In this document: piece by piece, positions 58,571 to 64,000 of the stretch | Layout: each line of letters starts with the position of its first letter | How positions within the stretch are numbered: the stretch's first letter is position 1 | Source of the DNA: an uncultured delta proteobacterium | GTDB lineage: Bacteria > Myxococcota_A > Polyangia > Polyangiales > Polyangiaceae | NCBI GenBank assembly: GCA_963696385.1 | Contig: CAVOKF010000007.1 | Coordinates: 1,216,001-1,280,000, forward strand | Length of the DNA: 64,000 nt | Direction of reading: 5' to 3' | Notes under the pieces: model-generated | Databases searched by the model: none | Seen by the model: the letters and a program-made list of their open reading frames with translations, nothing else | What the model was told of the DNA's origin: nothing | Position numbers and translations under genes: made by a program

Positions 58571-59443
58571 ATGTCCCTATTCGTCGTCGCAGGTGCCACC
58601 GGTCACGTTGGTTCCGTCGTCGCTCGCGAGCTCTTGGCCGCGGGCCACAAAGTGCGCGCCATCGTGCGCAGCGTCGAAAAGGCCAAGGCCCTTGCCGGCC
58701 AGGGCGCCGAACTGCTCCCCGGCGAGCTCGGCGACGCCAGCTTTCTCACGCGCGCCCTGCGCGGAGCCGACGGGGCCTTCCTGCTGCTGCCGCCGCCGGC
58801 GAACGACACGCCGGACGTGCGCGCTTTGCAGGATCGCGTGGCCCGTGTTGAAGCGGCCGCGGTCGCCGAGAGCGGCATCCGTCACGTGGTCCTGCTGTCG
58901 TCCTGGGGCGCGGAGAAACCGTCCGGCACCGGTCCCATCGTCGGGCTTCACGTCCTGGAAGAGGCCCTGAAGAAGACCCGCGCGATCTCGACCTTCCTGC
59001 GGGCGGGCTCGTTCACCGAGAACCTGCTGCACATGCTGCCGGCGGCGCAGCACCAGAGCATCCTTCCCAACTTCTTCCCGCCCGAGCACAAGATGGCCAC
59101 CATCGCCACGCGGGACATCGCCGCCGCGGCCGTGCGCGCGCTGCTGGCCCCGCCGGCCGCAACGCAGGTCGTCTACGTGCTCGGCACCCAGGAATACAGC
59201 GCCGTCGATCAGGCCGCGTACTTGTCGAAGAAGCTCGGCAAGGAGGTCAAGCTGCTCAACCTGCCCGTGTCTGCCGCCTCGGGGGCGATCCGCCAGGGCG
59301 GCGTGGGCGCGTCGATGGCGGACCTCATGCAGGAGATGTACGAGGGCGCACTGAAGGGGCTGCTCGGCGTCGAGCCGGGGCACCGCGTCGAGAAGGGGAC
59401 GACGACGCTGGAGGAAGCGCTGGATCCGTACTTCGCGAAGTAG
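58571..59443 (+). CDS. NmrA-family NAD(P)-binding protein
   Basis: RBS GAGGAG; VAGATGHVGS, ADGAF, VVLLSS, LRAGSFTEN, IATRDIA. Confidence 0.88.
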   Translation: MSLFVVAGATGHVGSVVARELLAAGHKVRAIVRSVEKAKALAGQGAELLPGELGDASFLTRALRGADGAFLLLPPPANDTPDVRALQDRVARVEAAAVAESGIRHVVLLSSWGAEKPSGTGPIVGLHVLEEALKKTRAISTFLRAGSFTENLLHMLPAAQHQSILPNFFPPEHKMATIATRDIAAAAVRALLAPPAATQVVYVLGTQEYSAVDQAAYLSKKLGKEVKLLNLPVSAASGAIRQGGVGASMADLMQEMYEGALKGLLGVEPGHRVEKGTTTLEEALDPYFAK

Positions 59444-59649
59444 GCGAGGTCCCAGGCGTCCGCGCCTGGCACGTTGACGGTTACCGTCAGCGCGGCCGGC
59501 TTCCCAAACGCGGTGTGACGTCCGTCACGAGCCGATCTTTGTCCCTTTAGCCGATGAATCGAGGGCGCCCTTTCATCTGGTTCTCTGATCGCAGCGTGCA
59601 ACGTCAACGGGGCTGTACGCATTCGTGCGTCCGCCGCCGCAAGTGCACA

Positions 59650-59688
59650 ATTTCAGTGAAGTGACCGGTGCCCATTTCAATGAAATGG
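59650..59688. promoter_or_regulatory. Tandem palindromic operator-like site
   Basis: ATTTCAGTGAAGT at 59650 and perfect CCATTTCA-A-TGAAATGG at 59672-59688, period 24. Confidence 0.5.
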
Positions 59689-59739
59689 CCGGCGCAATCG
59701 GCTGGCTCGCTCGGTTCCGTCGTGTTAACTGCAAGCGAG

Positions 59740-60468
59740 ATGATGAGCGTCCGCCGTTGCGCTCAGTGCGTCGTAGCGGCGATGGTGGGCTTCGTCCCCA
59801 CGGTGGGATGCCTCGTCGAGGCCAGCGATTCCCCCGGTTGGGACGATGGAGGCCGGGACACCATCGACGGCGACGCCGCCAGCCCACGGGGTGCAACGGA
59901 GACCGAGTCCAGCAGCGGATCGAGCTCGAGCAACCGCAGGGACGGCGGCTCGCTCGGCCCGGCGTTCGGAGGCTCCACGGGCAGTAGCTCAAGCGCAAAC
60001 GGCGGGGGTGGCTTCGACGCCGGTACGGGCATCAGCCGCGACGACTCCGGCGGTGCCGACGCTGGGTTGGGGCTCAGCTCGAGCAGTGGCAGCAGCAGTG
60101 GCTCTTCTTCGAGTAGCGGCAGCTCCAGTTCGAGCAGCGACTCTGTCCCCACCGAGGTGACGGACGCCGCGAGCACCGGGTGCCCGGCCCCCTCGGGGAC
60201 CGCACCGGCGTGGTCCTCGATCTGGGACAAGGATGGCTTCTCGAACATCTGCCACACATGCCACAAGCAGGCGAGCAGTGCCTCGGCGGCCTACACGTGG
60301 CTCAAGCAGCAGGGTGAGATCAGCGGGATCACGTCGCCCATCGCGTCGGAGGACGACTCGGTTCTGGCGATTTTCGGAGGCTTCATGCCGCCGAATCCCA
60401 ATGACATCAGCGCGGCAGCGAAGTGCGCCATCGTGGACTGGGTGGCTGCCGGCGCACTGAACAACTGA
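59740..60468 (+). CDS. Ser-rich lipoprotein with C-terminal CxxCH (c-type heme-like) domain
   Basis: Lipobox TVGC; Ser/Gly linker; PAW..CHTCH..MPP..IVDWVAAGALNN. Confidence 0.6.
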   Translation: MMSVRRCAQCVVAAMVGFVPTVGCLVEASDSPGWDDGGRDTIDGDAASPRGATETESSSGSSSSNRRDGGSLGPAFGGSTGSSSSANGGGGFDAGTGISRDDSGGADAGLGLSSSSGSSSGSSSSSGSSSSSSDSVPTEVTDAASTGCPAPSGTAPAWSSIWDKDGFSNICHTCHKQASSASAAYTWLKQQGEISGITSPIASEDDSVLAIFGGFMPPNPNDISAAAKCAIVDWVAAGALNN

Positions 60469-60610
60469 CGTCTTCACGCCGGGTTCGACCCCAGCGCCAC
60501 GCGCGAGGAAAGCGTCGCTTCGGGGGCATCCAAAGCGTCTCGACCGACGAGACTCGGGCAAGCCGGGCAGGCATAGCGTCGGCGGCAAGGAAGCTGCCAG
60601 GTGCGAGGAT

Positions 60611-61369
60611 TCACGTGACCGACACGGGTCCGTCTCCGCCGAGTCGCGGCTTCTCGGGAGCGGTGACACTCGCTCCACCGAATGCGAGCGGGTAGAAGAG
60701 TCCCGCCAGCGCGCCGCCGATCAGCGGCACGACCCAGAACATCCACAGCTGCTCGATCGCCCACCCGCCGACAAAAAGGGCTGGACCCGTGCTGCGCGCA
60801 GGGTTCACCGATGTGTTGGTCACTGGGATGCTAACGAGATGAATCAGCACGAGAGCGAGCCCGATGGCGATGGGCGCGAAACCGCCCGGCGCCCGCGCAT
60901 CCGTCGCTCCGAGAATCACCAACACGAACATGAACGTCATCACCAGTTCGCACACGATGCATGCGCCGAGCGCGTAGGCCCCGGGCGAATGCTCTCCGTA
61001 GCCGTTGCTGGCGAAACCGCCTGCCGCGCTGAAGTCGGACGACCCGCTCGCGATCGCGTAAAGCACGGCCGCTCCGAGCACGCCGCCGGCGACCTGCACG
61101 GCCATGTAGGGCAAGACGTCTCGACTCGGTATCCTGCGCCCAGTCCACAGACCGATCGTGACCGCTGGATTGAAATGCCCTCCCGAGATCGGTCCCAACG
61201 CATAGGCCCCTGTCAGCACGCTCAGCCCAAACGCGAACGCAACGCCCATGAAGCCAATGCCGACCTTCGGAAATCCTGCGGCGAGGACGGCGCTCCCACA
61301 ACCGCCCAAGACCAACCAGAACGTTCCGAGCAGTTCGGCGGCCAGTCTGCGCGCAAGCGAATGCGTCAT
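60611..61369 (-). CDS. aqpZ: Aquaporin Z
   Basis: [50 protein letters not shown]. Confidence 0.95.
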   Translation of the reverse strand: MTHSLARRLAAELLGTFWLVLGGCGSAVLAAGFPKVGIGFMGVAFAFGLSVLTGAYALGPISGGHFNPAVTIGLWTGRRIPSRDVLPYMAVQVAGGVLGAAVLYAIASGSSDFSAAGGFASNGYGEHSPGAYALGACIVCELVMTFMFVLVILGATDARAPGGFAPIAIGLALVLIHLVSIPVTNTSVNPARSTGPALFVGGWAIEQLWMFWVVPLIGGALAGLFYPLAFGGASVTAPEKPRLGGDGPVSVT

Positions 61370-61510
61370 GAGCGGCACGGTAGCAGGCTTTGGGTTCCAT
61401 GGCCTATGCGTCGAGGCTCCCCTAAAGTGTCCGGTCGCCGGTCTTGTTCTCGACCGACGACAGGCCTAAGCGCTTGCCCCATGTCGCCTTGCCTCGGCGC
61501 TGAGACAAGG

Positions 61511-64000
61511 TCACTGGGGATCCACCTTGCCTACGACGCGCACTTCGCGGATGCGTGCCGGGAGTTTCGCCGGCAAGTCGGTAAACACGATCCGCACGAA
61601 ACGACCGCGGGTTCCGGGCGCGAAGGAATCGTTGCGCGTCGGACTGGCGTCGAGCGTTTGCGATTCATCCACGGCCACATGCCAATGGTCACGGTCGTCG
61701 GAGGTCTCGATCTTGTAGCGGTAGTTTCCCGCGGAAGGGAACGTGACAAGGGCCCGTTCGATGACACACTGGCGCTCCAGATCCATTTCCCACCAAGCGC
61801 CCGCCGCGTCGCTCGGCGCAGACCAGAACGTATCGTCGTTGCCGTCGTTGGCCAGCCGTGCCGGATGATCCGGCGCTTCACCGGAAGCGCGCGAGGGTGC
61901 ATCTCTCCCGAGCGTCGGCTCGGCGGTGGCCGGTCCCGCGGTTGAGAAGCGTACATAGGGCCGTGGCGAGACGGCTGGCGTCCGGCCGGGAACGAAGGGT
62001 GGCGAGCCCTCGGTCACAAGGGTCAGCGTAGCGTCCTCGAGACCCGAAGAGTGGGCGCGGATGACGGTCGTGCCGGCGTAATAGGATCGGAATTCGATGG
62101 CCGCCTGGCCATCCCGGATGGCAATGTCGCTGTCGGGACCGAAGGTAATGGACAACCCGGTCGGAAATTGTCCCGGGCCGGAGTCGACGGTCAACGTGAT
62201 GGCCGGCGAGTTGCTGATCGGTCGGCCGTTCGCGTCCACAACCGTGACCACGACCTGCGCGTCCTCAAGCGCATCGGTGCCGTGAATGACGGTTCGGTCC
62301 GCCGTCAGTTGCAATGCGGCCGGCGCTCCCGGAGCCGGCCACGCAGGCGGCGGGATACGACGGTATTCGTTGCGATACCAATACCACTGACGTTTGGGAA
62401 GCCGGAAGTAATCCACCATCCCCATGCTGCCGAAATGCCCGGCAATGCTGCCGTGATCGAAGGCGCACCACAGGGCCTGTCCGGACCGCCACGAGAACGG
62501 CTCCGTTTGCAAATCACCCCAGCCAGGTTCGTAATGGCCCGGACGGTCGCCAACGGTGGACCCATACTCGCTCACGATACTGGGAATTCCGGGATTCAAA
62601 AACAGGCGCGCGCCGTCGCCGTTGTATCCAGCCACGTCGCCGAGCTTGTCCAATTCTCCGCGTTGAACGCCGCCGATGGCGACCGGGCGTGTCGGGTCCC
62701 ACTGATGAGCCAGGTCAACCAGCTCCTTCAGAAACTGGCGCACCCTGGGCATCGTGGCGGGTGCGGTAAAAAAGACCTCGTTGCCCAGACTCCACACGAC
62801 GATGCTCGGATGATTGCGATGGATGCGGATCTCGTCGCGTAAGCTGGCCCGCACGCTTGCCTCGAAACCCGCCTGATATTGCGGCTCGGGTGGATAGGCG
62901 CTGGCATCCCAGGGGGCTTTGAAAGTCGCCGTACCCCAAAAACAATTCTCGGACCAGAGCAACAACCCCTGGCGATCGCATGCCTCCGAGAAGGCCGGAG
63001 CATGCGGGTAGTGCGATCCGCGAACAAAATCGAACCCGGCATCTTTGATCAGTCGGATGTCGCGTTCGAGACCGCCGTCCGTCACCGCGTCGCCCCAGCC
63101 GGCATGATCTTGATGCGCATTCACCCCCTTGAAGTACAGGTGGCTGCCATTCAGAAAAAACCCTTGATCCGCAGTCCATTGGAACCAGCGAAAGCCGAAC
63201 GGGGTGCGATAGGTATCTACCAGCCCCTTTTCGTCGTAAAGTCGTGTCGCCACAGAATACAAATTCGGACGGTCCGGAGACCAGAGGTTGGGACGGGTGA
63301 CCTCCGGAGCGTCCTGATCGAAGGTCACCAAAGCACCCGGCGCGATGGATTGCGATGTCTTCACCGTCGACACGATCCGATCGTGGCCGTCCACCACATC
63401 GGATTCCAACGTGCATTCCTTGGCTTCAGTCGTATCGTTTCGGATTTCGGTTTTTACGTGCACCGAACCGGTCTCCGCCGAAACCTTGGGCGTCGTGACA
63501 AATGTCCCATACCAGGTCACGTGCAACGGCTCGGTGATCACCAAACGCACGTTGCGATAAATCCCCCCTGAAAAAACGTGTTCTCCAGCACGGGGCGCGA
63601 GTTCAGGATTCCACGAATTGTTGACCCGTACGGCGATCAGGTTGTCGCCCGAATGAACAGACTCGGTGATATCGAACGAGAAGCCGGTGTACCCCCCCTG
63701 GTGCACCCCGACCTTCCGGCCGTTCACGAAGGCCTCGGCAACCTGGAACACCCCGTCGAATTCGAGAAATATTCGCTTCCGTTGCCATTCTTGCGGAATC
63801 GTCAGATGCCGGCGGTACCAACCGTAGCCCGTGTAAAATTCGGAAGATAAGAAGTAAGGCTCGCTGAAGGAGTGGGGAAGTCCGATCCGGCTCCATGAAT
63901 CGTCCGGGAAACCGGGGTTTTCGGCACCCACGAAATCGCCCAACGCGAATTTCCACTCCCGGTTCAGACTCGACTCCTGCCTGGGTGACGGGTCCGGAAG
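61511..64000 (-). CDS. Glycoside hydrolase family 2 with C-terminal discoidin/CBM32-like domain (5' end outside the window)
   Basis: Frame open to the window edge (SLNREWKF); GYGWYRR, HQGGYTGF, RGSHYPH, RNHPSIVVWSLGNE, SEYG; LANDGNDDTFW..WWEMDL. Confidence 0.9.
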   Translation of the reverse strand, partial: LPDPSPRQESSLNREWKFALGDFVGAENPGFPDDSWSRIGLPHSFSEPYFLSSEFYTGYGWYRRHLTIPQEWQRKRIFLEFDGVFQVAEAFVNGRKVGVHQGGYTGFSFDITESVHSGDNLIAVRVNNSWNPELAPRAGEHVFSGGIYRNVRLVITEPLHVTWYGTFVTTPKVSAETGSVHVKTEIRNDTTEAKECTLESDVVDGHDRIVSTVKTSQSIAPGALVTFDQDAPEVTRPNLWSPDRPNLYSVATRLYDEKGLVDTYRTPFGFRWFQWTADQGFFLNGSHLYFKGVNAHQDHAGWGDAVTDGGLERDIRLIKDAGFDFVRGSHYPHAPAFSEACDRQGLLLWSENCFWGTATFKAPWDASAYPPEPQYQAGFEASVRASLRDEIRIHRNHPSIVVWSLGNEVFFTAPATMPRVRQFLKELVDLAHQWDPTRPVAIGGVQRGELDKLGDVAGYNGDGARLFLNPGIPSIVSEYGSTVGDRPGHYEPGWGDLQTEPFSWRSGQALWCAFDHGSIAGHFGSMGMVDYFRLPKRQWYWYRNEYRRIPPPAWPAPGAPAALQLTADRTVIHGTDALEDAQVVVTVVDANGRPISNSPAITLTVDSGPGQFPTGLSITFGPDSDIAIRDGQAAIEFRSYYAGTTVIRAHSSGLEDATLTLVTEGSPPFVPGRTPAVSPRPYVRFSTAGPATAEPTLGRDAPSRASGEAPDHPARLANDGNDDTFWSAPSDAAGAWWEMDLERQCVIERALVTFPSAGNYRYKIETSDDRDHWHVAVDESQTLDASPTRNDSFAPGTRGRFVRIVFTDLPAKLPARIREVRVVGKVDPQ

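Overview
A GC-rich bacterial window. Gene content and the many lipoproteins with DAG- or Ser-rich linkers suggest Myxococcota, probably Polyangiaceae-like; this is inference only. (1) 0-13 kb: FGE-domain lipoprotein, NtrC-type regulator, transaldolase, TMTC-like membrane protein, GNAT, a PL4 rhamnogalacturonan lyase beside an ECF sigma/anti-sigma/outer-membrane protein cassette, and a POT transporter. (2) 13.3-18.7 kb: a RegB/RegA-type two-component system next to five uncharacterised envelope genes (redoxin, two YtkA/FixH-like lipoproteins, a putative beta-barrel, a CxxCH lipoprotein). Four RegA/RegR-like boxes each lie 36-37 nt upstream of a start codon. (3) 18.8-25 kb: MoxR-DUF58-transglutaminase triad, a small DUF2786-like protein and a GH26 lipoprotein. 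(4) 25.1-54 kb: a rearranged surface-glycan locus with three B12-binding radical SAM enzymes, a SPASM-type radical SAM, four SAM methyltransferases, a PIG-L deacetylase, GT2/GT4/GT-C transferases, two Wzy_C/O-antigen-ligase-like proteins, a flippase, two unusual fusions, a 43-aa lipopeptide gene missing from the ORF track, and IS scars. (5) 54-64 kb: RND pump, NmrA protein, a second CxxCH lipoprotein, aqpZ and a 5'-truncated GH2. Several genes carry single-base frameshifts that look like assembly indels. No rRNA, tRNA or CRISPR array was seen. All family calls come from reading motifs by eye; no database search was run.
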